Source: Actinomycetes bacterium
Lineage (GTDB): Bacteria > Actinomycetota > Thermoleophilia > Solirubrobacterales > JACPNS01
Direction: 5' to 3'
DNA: 64,000 bases
NCBI GenBank assembly: GCA_023404495.1
Contig: JAEYBE010000004.1
Span: forward strand, 735 to 64,734
Positions within the stretch are counted from its first letter, which is position 1. Each line of letters opens with the position of its first letter. Of this stretch, positions 56,901-63,717 are shown in pieces. The position numbers were made by a program, and so were the translations under genes. Below the pieces are notes generated by a model, which searched no databases, was not told the DNA's origin, and saw nothing but the letters and a program-made list of their open reading frames with translations.

Positions 56901-57014
56901 CTCAAGAAATGCCGCGCCAAGAAGATGTCGCTGACCGTCCGGCTGACGCGCCACGACGGCAGCATCGTGAAGTTCACCTACAGCTTCAAGGCAGGTCAGA
57001 AGACCCTGCGCTGA
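51000..57014 (+). CDS. Giant secreted repeat protein (2004 aa): signal peptide, eight tandem four-cysteine modules, and a polycationic C-terminal domain; family unknown
   Basis: Signal peptide ...LAGMFSLTAQPSHA/TVTF. The motifs C-x9-16-C-x3-[ST][KR][VLI]G and [FML]xxN[PDA]xxC recur with about 200-280 aa periodicity. Third-position GC is host-like. The probable start is ATG 51006 (AGGGA 8 nt upstream); the track start is TTG 51000. Confidence 0.85.
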   Translation: MVMTGGCFASVGRRLGLSLILSIAALAGMFSLTAQPSHATVTFTGGTPTVTMGSNVPGAHSSMTVNMSLGVNPSTTYAPGDDVKRIVADIAPGIIGDPTAIPADQRCLKTDPTQYKDCPASAKVGTITASANTCVMVILICVDLQLDISGDIYQLKNGPNGLPTTSAGANGFPEVPTYLGISLNVTTPILGNLADPMGLTGKITIANKDDAPVGRAEDFSMRFEVVEDAPRTAHTALGDQEIRLNSLALTFNALTASGVPFMTNPTRCTPWTSKFYARAYDTNSNANADIDPAVPGNDHYSVSRTTTPSCGGALAAFNPNVTMQTFPSKTDAPAALRVIVTNAEATTAGGLQSSHIKRMDMTMPDGFEINPMMANSIADLSSVCSYAQFNRTNPDVTNTCPASSKLGTIVLDTPMMSQQLTGGLYLGPPGSTDTDRFKLFFALDDPSNIVKTKGEGRAFVDHDTGRVTATLGDPAYDGGKSLPAFLWTQMQLDFQSGPNAMMTNPRTCGTHAGEVVFTPWMSPTQGTVTRTPSVTVSYDGAGAPCPEEPFEPFAEVSLSDTTAGAHADVTTTVKVPAHSQDLARTTMAMPAGMGAAIDLTAKCTQANAANGACASNTRIGDVEVKVGNDEGDADAPGSNLVKIDGAMYNTEVTWNEDPALRNPARFTAVVPAAVGPFDLGYVVVPVDITLNPDMSFNAVTPEVPTRMLGIPVRMRKLSFTLKSHVGGTPFMTNPTVCGTHDVTAKMWSTQHPDEEDAVTAQASFDITGCPKNFSTENPPTFSFEPTNTEVGRPVGIRATLQMPAEYDPPASEVSVQMPQGMRLNPALASGIDSCAKAEVDAGAANCPEESRLGTVEFTTPLLSGTFYGKIWLVEQGPTADERYRIAFTVQLPGQLLVAHGETIVDGSSELVDGLGNRGGSGQITVTFRNIPAVYFNSFTMIMESGSKAMLSNDYECGTSTATATAWPQTTGGSPVTMTDSYETSWDGNGAPCPTSRDLDPSLDVSLSNYQAGAAPDIAMHFHRPDKQQHPKVIQVALPAGLVGSPAAAPACAQSVAALGNCTDASKVGDFDVTVGLDDSNYTVAGGVFNTEPDSDEPARLTAIIDVEIGPFDLGKIVLPIFVALDPDDYRLIATTDEIPTMYEGVPVRANALDLNIRGIADQGTPGTGDDKQFLINPHRCDQTGVFTGHVTSHEGGEKTLPVTLPQNFTGCAALNFDGAGNGVTIDNAVDTAFRPTALNAGVTLGSGDTQATLKEMELSLNGFRINAVAAKDAVVCSDSELDADNCPSGSKVGDAWLDTPLLAPDVSGHSLTGVVRLLEPGATADDRYRIAIELDGRTRIVMRGIAEVDETTGEVVARFSDLPDIPFSEVSVQMDGPTTPLLLNPSTCSPTSATSARLVAWSGAERTFNPTVVVDGCAPDQPFTPAVGVELSTTQSGAHPNVDFTITRPEDDQNVKSVKISLPAGFVGSAAAVPQCSLAAASAGTCPSASKVGDVKAKIGAGGQTVDGDELELNGEIFLTAGVGGDIAGLAVRLPAVAGPYDLGVFTLQGRVTLRPSDHGIDTEFDGLPKIFKGVPTPIREMKVKLYGVAQSTGKPFMYNATSCAQMQIDSAFGAHEGGAFSPAGVDYAATGCGARSFAPTMSMTATGGDDVNSPAWDILLRRPAGDATLRSTQLLLPTSLTVNVAGIGNSCTIQDAQAWSCPQISRIGSVSIETPLLPTAVSGDVYMAKTTGAGTLPDMLLQLGPPVNMQIRGVNSFVNINQIQSVFGGLPDFPFDAMRMRLDGGPKGILKARSGNCGVGNADYGSHSGQSASGPVLITGVWSCGTAFGAGTCTKPAVSIKSKGARKLRNKKSTTGVKISLPAGCPGFKAVQVTYPRGTKVNSRNLKYNKKKRATRKNLKNVTGKAGSKKLTVADFKAVKGGLKTRRPLAVGTRSISIDTRKSTVLLPAKSLCATLKKGSRGYAKKLKKCRAKKMSLTVRLTRHDGSIVKFTYSFKAGQKTLR
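51117..56498 (+). repeat. Internal tandem coding repeats: 8 modules arranged as 4 alternating A-B di-modules of about 440 aa
   Basis: Cys-loop anchors start at nt 51318, 52149, 52806, 53499, 54150, 54825, 55425 and 56073. Module-end Cys residues lie at nt 51801, 52521, 53208, 53865, 54537, 55161, 55809 and 56391. Confidence 0.75.
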
Positions 57015-57100
57015 TCGCCCTGACGGAGCAGCGGTTCGCGGCGTGCGCCCGCCATGTGCACGCCGTGTCCGCGCGGTCCTGCCACTAGAGTCAGCGCCGA

Positions 57101-58447
57101 ATGTTTGACGCCCTCTCAGAGAAGCTCCAGGAAACGCTTTCCGATGTCCGCGCGCACGGAAAGCTGACCGAAGAAGACGTAAACAAGGCGATGCGCGACA
57201 TCCGCCTCGCGCTGCTCGAGGCGGACGTCAATTTCCGCGTGGTCAAGGACTTCACTGCGCGGGTCAAGGCACGTGCGCTCGGCGCCGACGTGCTCGAATC
57301 GCTGAACCCCGGCCAGCAGGTCGTCAAGATCGTCGACGAGGAGCTGACCGAGCTGATGGGCGGCTCCGGTCGTGAGATCGTCTTCGCGCAGAGTGCGCCG
57401 ACAATCATCCTGATGGCCGGGCTGCAAGGTTCCGGTAAGACGACCAACTGCGGAAAGCTCGCCCTGATGCTCAAGGGCAAGGGCAAGAAGGTCGGTATCG
57501 CCGCCTGCGATGTCTACCGGCCAGCGGCGATCGACCAGCTGAAGGTCGTCGGCGACCAGGTCGGCGCCCGGGTGTATGAGCAGGGCCAGGGCGACCCGGT
57601 GAAGATCGCCAAATGGGCGCTCGGGGAGTCGATCCAGAACCTCGACGACGTGTTGATTGTTGACACCGCGGGCCGTCTGCACGTCGACACAGACCTGATG
57701 GAAGAGCTGGCGAAGATCCGCAAGGAGATCAAGCCGCACAACGTGCTGCTGGTCGTCGACGCGATGACCGGTCAGGACGCGGTCAATGTGGCCGAGCAGT
57801 TTTCCGAAGCCGCGAACTTCGACGGCGTGATCATGACCAAGCTCGACGGCGACGCCCGTGGTGGTGCGGCGCTCTCGATCAAGACGGTGACCGGCAAGCC
57901 GATCATGTACGCCTCGGTCGGCGAGAAGCTCGACCAGTTCGAGGCCTTCCATCCAGACCGCATGGCCGACCGAATCCTTGGCATGGGCGACGTGATGACC
58001 CTGATCGAGAAGGCCGAGCGGGAGATCGACGAGGACAAAGCGCTCGACATGGAGCGCAAGATCCGCAAGAACGAGCTGACCTTCGACGACTTCCTCGAAC
58101 AGATGAAGATGATGCGCAAGATGGGCTCGCTCTCGAGCATCCTTGGGATGATGCCGGGGATCGACAAGAAGGCCCTGAAGAACGTCAACATCGACGAACG
58201 CGAGCTCGACCGCATCCAGGCGATCGTCCTATCGATGACGCCTGAAGAGCGCTCGAAGCCTCAGATCATCAACGGCAAGCGCCGCAAGCGCATCGCCGAC
58301 GGCTCCGGCACAAGCGTCCAGCAGGTGAACAAGCTGATCAAGCAGTTCTCCGAGATGAAGAAGATGATGAAGCGCATGAGCGGCAAGGGCGGCAAGGGCA
58401 TGCGCGGGATGCCGGACATGTCGCAGCTTATGGGCGGGGGCCGATAA
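57101..58447 (+). CDS. ffh: Signal recognition particle protein Ffh
   Basis: MFDALSEKLQETL, GLQGSGKTT, DTAGRL, TKLDGDARGGAALS, and a Met-rich M domain. Confidence 0.97.
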   Translation: MFDALSEKLQETLSDVRAHGKLTEEDVNKAMRDIRLALLEADVNFRVVKDFTARVKARALGADVLESLNPGQQVVKIVDEELTELMGGSGREIVFAQSAPTIILMAGLQGSGKTTNCGKLALMLKGKGKKVGIAACDVYRPAAIDQLKVVGDQVGARVYEQGQGDPVKIAKWALGESIQNLDDVLIVDTAGRLHVDTDLMEELAKIRKEIKPHNVLLVVDAMTGQDAVNVAEQFSEAANFDGVIMTKLDGDARGGAALSIKTVTGKPIMYASVGEKLDQFEAFHPDRMADRILGMGDVMTLIEKAEREIDEDKALDMERKIRKNELTFDDFLEQMKMMRKMGSLSSILGMMPGIDKKALKNVNIDERELDRIQAIVLSMTPEERSKPQIINGKRRKRIADGSGTSVQQVNKLIKQFSEMKKMMKRMSGKGGKGMRGMPDMSQLMGGGR

Positions 58448-58477
58448 GGCGTTTTCGCGCTGGTACTCTCCTTCCCC

Positions 58478-58744
58478 GTGGTACGCATCAGACTTACAAG
58501 AGTTGGCAGCAAGAAGAACCCGATCTGGCGTGTTGTGGTCGCTGACAAGCGCTCGCCTCGCGACGGTCGGATCATCGAGAATGTCGGCACCTACAACCCG
58601 CAGACGGATCCTTCGACGGTCACGTTGAAGCAGGACCGCCTGGAGCACTGGATCGACAAGGGCGCACAGCCCACCGATCAGGTGCTCAAGCTGATGAAGA
58701 CCCAGGCTCTCGGCGCCGACGGCAAGCCGCTCGCCGCCAAGTAG
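58478..58744 (+). CDS. rpsP: 30S ribosomal protein S16
   Basis: [40 protein letters not shown]. Confidence 0.95.
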   Translation: MVRIRLTRVGSKKNPIWRVVVADKRSPRDGRIIENVGTYNPQTDPSTVTLKQDRLEHWIDKGAQPTDQVLKLMKTQALGADGKPLAAK

Positions 58745-58759
58745 TCCTCACCTGACGCT

Positions 58760-59041
58760 GTGACGGAAGAATCCACCAGCGCCGAAGCCGGTTTCGAGGG
58801 TCCCCAGATGGAGGATCTGCTCGAGAACCTGGTCAAGGGTCTCGTCGACAAGCCGGAAGAGGTCACCGTCGAAGGATTCGACGAGTCCGACGGCTCGGTC
58901 ACGCTTGAGCTGCGCGTCGCCGAGGACGAGGCCGGCAAGGTCATCGGTCGCGGCGGTCGCACGATCAACGCTCTGCGTCAGGTCGTTCGCGCGCACAAAG
59001 AGGCGCGCGGTCGCAAGGTCGTCGTCGACCTCGTCGACTAG
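58760..59041 (+). CDS. KH-domain RNA-binding protein (YlqC/UPF0109 family)
   Basis: LELRVAEDEAGKVIGRGGRTINALRQVV contains the GxxG KH loop. It occupies the conserved slot between rpsP and rimM. Confidence 0.85.
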   Translation: MTEESTSAEAGFEGPQMEDLLENLVKGLVDKPEEVTVEGFDESDGSVTLELRVAEDEAGKVIGRGGRTINALRQVVRAHKEARGRKVVVDLVD

Positions 59042-59053
59042 TCCGGCTCGCTC

Positions 59054-59551
59054 ATGAAGCCCGAGGACCGCATCCAGATCGGGGTGGTCGGCAAGCCGCA
59101 TGGCGTGCGCGGCGGCTTTCACTTGGACGGCTGCATCGACGCGCCCGCGCTTGTACCCGGGCTCGCGCTGCAGATCGGCAAGCAAGGGTTCGAGCTCGCG
59201 TCCCGCGGCGGAACCGACAAGCGGCCGATCGTCGCCCTGCGAGGGATTGATGATCGCGACGCGATCGCTGAGTTTCGCGGCGAGCCGGTGACTGCCGCGC
59301 GCGGGGATCTGACGCCACTCGCGGACGGCGAGTGGTACGCGGACGATCTGGTCGGGCTGCCGGTTGAGGATCGCAGGGGGCGTGCCCTGGGCTTGGTGCA
59401 GCGCCTCACCAATCTTCCGTCGGTTGACGTTCTCGAGGTGGGGTCCGGGGAGGACGCAGCGCTTCAGGTTCCGATGGTGCGCGACGCAATCGTTTCGATC
59501 GACGCGGAACGCGGCGTGGTGGTCGATGCCGAGTTCCTGGATCTAGGCTGA
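59054..59551 (+). CDS. rimM: 16S rRNA processing protein RimM
   Basis: IQIGVVGKPHGVRGGF N-terminus and a PRC-barrel C-terminus, in the operon position expected for rimM. Confidence 0.9.
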   Translation: MKPEDRIQIGVVGKPHGVRGGFHLDGCIDAPALVPGLALQIGKQGFELASRGGTDKRPIVALRGIDDRDAIAEFRGEPVTAARGDLTPLADGEWYADDLVGLPVEDRRGRALGLVQRLTNLPSVDVLEVGSGEDAALQVPMVRDAIVSIDAERGVVVDAEFLDLG

Positions 59552-59557
59552 AGCTCC

Positions 59558-60247
59558 ATGCAGATTGACGTTTTCACGCTTTTTCCCGAATGGTTTGACT
59601 GGTTTCGCGAGCAGCGGCACATGAAGAACCTGATCGAGGCCGGCCACTCGCTGGAGACCGTCGATCTGCGCGCGACCACTCCGATCGCCAACAACCGCGT
59701 TGACGACACGCCCTATGGCGGCGGCGCGGGCATGGTGATCCGAGTCGATGTGGTCGAGGCCGCGCTTGCGGCTCGCTACGACCGCGACCCCGCTGAGGTA
59801 GGCGCCGAGCGGCGCGTGATCGTGCTCTCACCGACTGGCCGCCGGCTTGACGATGCGATGACAGAAAATCTCGCTGCCGGGGGCGACCTGACGATCCTTT
59901 GCGGGCGCTACGAGGGTTTCGACCAGCGCGTTCACGACCATTTCGCAACGGACGTCGTTTCGATCGGCGATTACGTGCTTTCCGGCGGCGAACTCGCTGC
60001 AATGGTGCTCGTGGACGCGGTGACCCGCAAACTCCCCGAAGCACACGGCGACGAGCGCAGCGCCCAGGAGGAGTCGTTCTCAGCCGCGCTCGATGGCGCG
60101 CCGGAGTACCCGCACTACACCCGACCTGAGGAGTGGCGCGGCTGGCGAGTGCCGGACGTGCTGCTCTCCGGCCACCACGGTGAGATCGAGCGCTGGCGGC
60201 GCGAGCAGAGCGAGTTGCGCCGGATCCAGCGCGACTCGAGCGATTAG
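59558..60247 (+). CDS. trmD: tRNA (guanine37-N1)-methyltransferase TrmD
   Basis: [47 protein letters not shown]. Confidence 0.95.
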   Translation: MQIDVFTLFPEWFDWFREQRHMKNLIEAGHSLETVDLRATTPIANNRVDDTPYGGGAGMVIRVDVVEAALAARYDRDPAEVGAERRVIVLSPTGRRLDDAMTENLAAGGDLTILCGRYEGFDQRVHDHFATDVVSIGDYVLSGGELAAMVLVDAVTRKLPEAHGDERSAQEESFSAALDGAPEYPHYTRPEEWRGWRVPDVLLSGHHGEIERWRREQSELRRIQRDSSD

Positions 60248-60269
60248 CTACCATCAGCACGCTTTATGC

Positions 60270-60299
60270 GGCACGGGCGGGCGCTCGTGCCTGATTTTT
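60270..60299 (+). terminator. Intrinsic terminator/attenuator between trmD and rplS
   Basis: 9-bp stem GGCACGGGC / GCTCGTGCC (one G-U pair), loop GGGC, followed by TGATTTTT. Confidence 0.65.
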
Positions 60300-60367
60300 G
60301 CCCCGGACCCGAAAACTGGTCCGAAGAACTTTTCTCGCAGCACGAAACAGTCACGACAGGTAGACCC

Positions 60368-61099
60368 ATGAGCACGATCATCGACAAGCTTGAGAAGGCG
60401 CAGATCAAGCGTCACCCGCACTTCGACCCGGGAGACCGTGTCCGCGTCCACTTCCAGGTGATCGAGGGCAGCCGCCGTCGTACGCAGGTCTTTGAGGGCA
60501 TCGTGATCAAGCGCCAGGGCAGCGGCGCTCGTGAGACGTTCACCGTGCGCAAGCAGTCTTTCGGTGTCGGTGTCGAGCGAACTTTCCCGGTGCACTCGAC
60601 CAAGATCGAGAAGATCGAGGTCGCGGCCCGCGGCGAGGTGCGCCGCGCCAAGCTCTACTACCTGCGCGACCGCGTCGGCAAGCGCGCGCGTGTTCGCGAG
60701 CGTGCGTGGACGCCGCAGGAGCAGGCACGTCTGGACGCTGAGGCGGCGGGCGCTTACGACGCTGAGGGCTCCCAGGCGGAGGCCGAGCTTGTGGCGCCGG
60801 CTGAGGAGGCCGTCGACGAGGTTGTTGAGACGCCGGCGGAGGAGTCCTCCTCCTCGGCTGGCACGCCTGCGGGGGAGGACTCCTCCACCGGCGGAGATGA
60901 GGCGTCGGCGGATGCATCTTCGGCTTCTGAGGGTGATGACGCTGTGGCTGCTGATGAGGCGCCTGCGGAGGCTGAGGCTGCTGCTGAGCCGGAGGCCGAG
61001 GCGGCTGCTGATGAGCCGGCGGCGGAAGCTGAGGCGGCTGTTGAGGCTGAAGGCGACGCCGACGCTGCTGACGGCGACACTGCTGCCGACGAGAGCTGA
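60368..61099 (+). CDS. rplS: 50S ribosomal protein L19 with a ~125-aa acidic Ala/Glu/Asp-rich C-terminal extension
   Basis: From ATG 60368: [85 protein letters not shown].... The tail is ...[44 protein letters not shown]. Confidence 0.9.
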   Translation: MSTIIDKLEKAQIKRHPHFDPGDRVRVHFQVIEGSRRRTQVFEGIVIKRQGSGARETFTVRKQSFGVGVERTFPVHSTKIEKIEVAARGEVRRAKLYYLRDRVGKRARVRERAWTPQEQARLDAEAAGAYDAEGSQAEAELVAPAEEAVDEVVETPAEESSSSAGTPAGEDSSTGGDEASADASSASEGDDAVAADEAPAEAEAAAEPEAEAAADEPAAEAEAAVEAEGDADAADGDTAADES

Positions 61100-61117
61100 T
61101 CCGGGCGCGACGCCCGA

Positions 61118-61837
61118 ATGGCTGGCTCAAGTGATCGCTCGGACGCCGGCGGGGGCGACGGCGAGAACGACAGCTCGCAATCGCTGATCGAAGTTGTCGT
61201 GATCGTCGCTGTGGCGGTCGGACTCGCCCTGCTGATCCAGGCTGTGCTGGTCAAGCCGTACCGCATCCCGAGCGGATCGATGCTGCCGACCTTGAAGATC
61301 GGCCAGAGAATTCTTGTCAATCGCGTCGAGGGACGCTTTGGCACGCCGCAGCGCGGCGACATTGTCGTCTTCGATCCGCCGTCGGGCGACGGAGAACCCG
61401 AATGCGGCGCGCAGAGCGGGGAGGAGTACGCCCCGGGCAAGGTCTACCGGGACGGCTCAGAGGACTACTCCGACGTGAAGATGCCCTGCCCGGTGCCAGC
61501 GCCCGGCAAGTTCGACGAGGCCTACGTCAAACGCGTGGTCGGGCTTCCCGGGGATTCTCTGGCGGTGAAGCAAGGACGCGTCTTCATTAACGGGAAGCAG
61601 CTCGACGAGCCGTATCTCCCTTCCAACGATGACTGCCGCGACGACACCGACATTGCGACCGACTGCAACTTCCCGACGGCGATCACGGTTCCCTCGGGGC
61701 ACTACTTCGTGATGGGCGACAACCGCAACGACGGCGCCAGCTACGACAGCCGCTTCTGGGGGCCGGTGAACGAATCGTCGGTGATCGGCAACGTTTTCTT
61801 CACGTATTGGCCATTGAAGAAGATTGGCGTTCCGTAG
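61118..61837 (+). CDS. lepB: Signal peptidase I (paralog 1)
   Basis: IPSGSMLPTL (catalytic Ser), KRVVGLPGD (catalytic Lys), GDNRNDGASYDSRFWGPV. Confidence 0.9.
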   Translation: MAGSSDRSDAGGGDGENDSSQSLIEVVVIVAVAVGLALLIQAVLVKPYRIPSGSMLPTLKIGQRILVNRVEGRFGTPQRGDIVVFDPPSGDGEPECGAQSGEEYAPGKVYRDGSEDYSDVKMPCPVPAPGKFDEAYVKRVVGLPGDSLAVKQGRVFINGKQLDEPYLPSNDDCRDDTDIATDCNFPTAITVPSGHYFVMGDNRNDGASYDSRFWGPVNESSVIGNVFFTYWPLKKIGVP

Positions 61838-61882
61838 GTCGAATCGGGCTACTGTCGCAACTCACCTTGAGACTGGACGGAC

Positions 61883-62596
61883 TTGAACGAGCAACAGCAG
61901 GGCGCTGACGAGAAGAAGCTGAATCCGGTGGTCGAGACGATTCTGATCGTCGCCGCCGCGCTGATCTTCGCGTTCTTGGTGCAGTGGTTGCTGATCAAGC
62001 CGTACAAGATTCCAAGCCTCTCGATGTATCCCCTGCTCGAGGTCAAGCAGCGGGTTCTGGTCAACCGCATCGAGGGCCGCTTCGGCACTCCCGAGCGCGG
62101 CGACGTAGTGGTGTTCCATCCGCCTCCCGGGGCCGAACTGATGGAGTGCGGAATCGAACCCGGACAGACCTTCGGACCGCCCGAGCAGGTGTACGTCGCA
62201 CACCCCGAAGTCGCGGACATCGCGGCTGATCCGAAGACCGGATCGATGGCTTGCCCGCAGGCAAACGCCGGAAGCCAGAGCCAGGCGTTCATCAAGCGTG
62301 TGATCGGACTGCCTGGCGACCGGATCAAGATCATCCGTGGCAACGCGTACATCGACGGCAAGAAGCTCGACGAGCCGTACGTGAGCACCGTCGACTCGTG
62401 CGCGGACCCAAAGACTTTCCGCCCGACCTGCACGTTTTCGAGGGAGTTCACGATCCCGCCGAACAAGTACTTCGTGATGGGCGACAACCGCAACAACAGC
62501 GACGACAGCCGATTCTGGGGTCCGGTGGACAAGAAGTACATCGTCGGCGAGGCGTTTGCGACGTACTGGCCGATCAACCGCATCGGCGGGCTCTAA
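61883..62596 (+). CDS. lepB: Signal peptidase I (paralog 2)
   Basis: IPSLSMYPLL, KRVIGLPGD, GDNRNNSDDSRFWGPV. TTG start. Four Cys residues sit at positions equivalent to those in paralog 1. Confidence 0.9.
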   Translation: MNEQQQGADEKKLNPVVETILIVAAALIFAFLVQWLLIKPYKIPSLSMYPLLEVKQRVLVNRIEGRFGTPERGDVVVFHPPPGAELMECGIEPGQTFGPPEQVYVAHPEVADIAADPKTGSMACPQANAGSQSQAFIKRVIGLPGDRIKIIRGNAYIDGKKLDEPYVSTVDSCADPKTFRPTCTFSREFTIPPNKYFVMGDNRNNSDDSRFWGPVDKKYIVGEAFATYWPINRIGGL

Positions 62597-62636
62597 GAAG
62601 GCTTGCCGCCGACGCCAGGGCTAGTTTGAATGCCCG

Positions 62637-63272
62637 ATGGCCGGATCCTCACTCATTGAATTCGACCGCACGCGCGGCAGGCGCGTGGCCGGTACGGATG
62701 AAGCTGGTCGCGGTTGCCTTGCCGGGCCGATCGTCGCCGCCGGCGTCGCGTTCGACTACGAAGCGATCAGTGATCAGGATCTCTCGGTGCTTTCGGCACT
62801 CAATGACTCGAAGAAGTTGTCGGCCGACCGCAGGATCGAGCTGTTCGGCGAGATCACGCGGATCGCGGGCGCCGTCGCGGTGATATCGCGGTCCGCGGCC
62901 TACATCGACAACTACGGGCTTCACCGCACCAACCTGCATTGTCTTGGCACCTCGCTCGACCGGGTGCGGACGGACGAGACAGCGCTGCTCAGCGATGGCT
63001 ACATGCCGTTCGGAGTGGACGCGCCTTGCGAGGCGGTGGTGAAAGGCGACGCCACGAGCGCGGCGATCGCCGCCGCATCGATCATCGCGAAGGTCTCGCG
63101 TGATCGCTACATGCAGAGCATCGCCGAGCGCTACCCCGAGTACGCGTTCGAGAAACACGTGGGCTACGCGACGCCGGTGCACCGAGAGGCGATCATGCAG
63201 CACGGACCGACGCCGATCCACCGGCAGTCGTTTGCCTCTGCGGCCTACGAGCAGTTCCAGCTGGTCGCCTGA
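62637..63272 (+). CDS. rnhB: Ribonuclease HII
   Basis: VAGTDEAGRGCLAGPIV, LNDSKKLS, SAAIAAASIIAKVSRD. Confidence 0.95.
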   Translation: MAGSSLIEFDRTRGRRVAGTDEAGRGCLAGPIVAAGVAFDYEAISDQDLSVLSALNDSKKLSADRRIELFGEITRIAGAVAVISRSAAYIDNYGLHRTNLHCLGTSLDRVRTDETALLSDGYMPFGVDAPCEAVVKGDATSAAIAAASIIAKVSRDRYMQSIAERYPEYAFEKHVGYATPVHREAIMQHGPTPIHRQSFASAAYEQFQLVA

Positions 63273-63280
63273 GCGCGCAT

Positions 63281-63694
63281 TCAGAACGCGTCCTCCAAGT
63301 GTTCGATGCTCGTGACCGCTCCGTCGCGGTCGAGTATCACCGCGAACGCATCGAAGCGCAACCCGGTGAAACGCGTGTTGACCGATCCCCTGATTCTGCG
63401 CACGTCATCGGAAATCCAGCGCCTGGTGAGTGATCGAATCTGATCTTGCTTGCGCGCCCCGATCGACTCGAAGGGCGAGAAGGCAGGCGAACCGTCTGCC
63501 GCGCGCCCGACCAAGGTCTTGACCTCGGCCACAACCAGCGTCGCGCCGTCCACCGCGATCAGATCGAGTTCCCCCTCGCGCCAGCGCACATTGTGATCGA
63601 CGATTTCCCAGCCCAGCGACTGCACATGCGCGCGCACAGCTGCTTCGCCGATCGCGCCGGTTCGCTGCCGAGAGTTCTCGGGTCCTGAGTTCAT
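63281..63694 (-). CDS. yraN: YraN family (UPF0102) endonuclease-like protein
   Basis: From ATG 63694: ...GAIGEAAVRAHVQSLGWEIVDHNVRWREGELDLIAVDGATLVVAEVKT.... This is the PD-(D/E)xK-like core typical of UPF0102. Confidence 0.85.
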   Translation of the reverse strand: MNSGPENSRQRTGAIGEAAVRAHVQSLGWEIVDHNVRWREGELDLIAVDGATLVVAEVKTLVGRAADGSPAFSPFESIGARKQDQIRSLTRRWISDDVRRIRGSVNTRFTGLRFDAFAVILDRDGAVTSIEHLEDAF

Positions 63695-63717
63695 TGGGAG
63701 ATCTTCCCGAGCCGCGT

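Noticed and set aside
57040-57064. Hairpin GGCGTGC-N11-GCACGCC as a terminator of the giant gene.
   Set aside because: - It has only a 7-bp stem, an 11-nt loop and no U tract.
- This is too weak to call.
- Transcription may read through into ffh.
60780-61090. Short GC-rich tandem repeats (GAGGCTGAGGC / GCTGCTGA-type) that could look like a repeat array or CRISPR.
   Set aside because: - They are irregular and have no spacer/repeat periodicity.
- They lie in frame within the rplS ORF, encoding the acidic Ala/Glu tail, so they are a coding low-complexity expansion.
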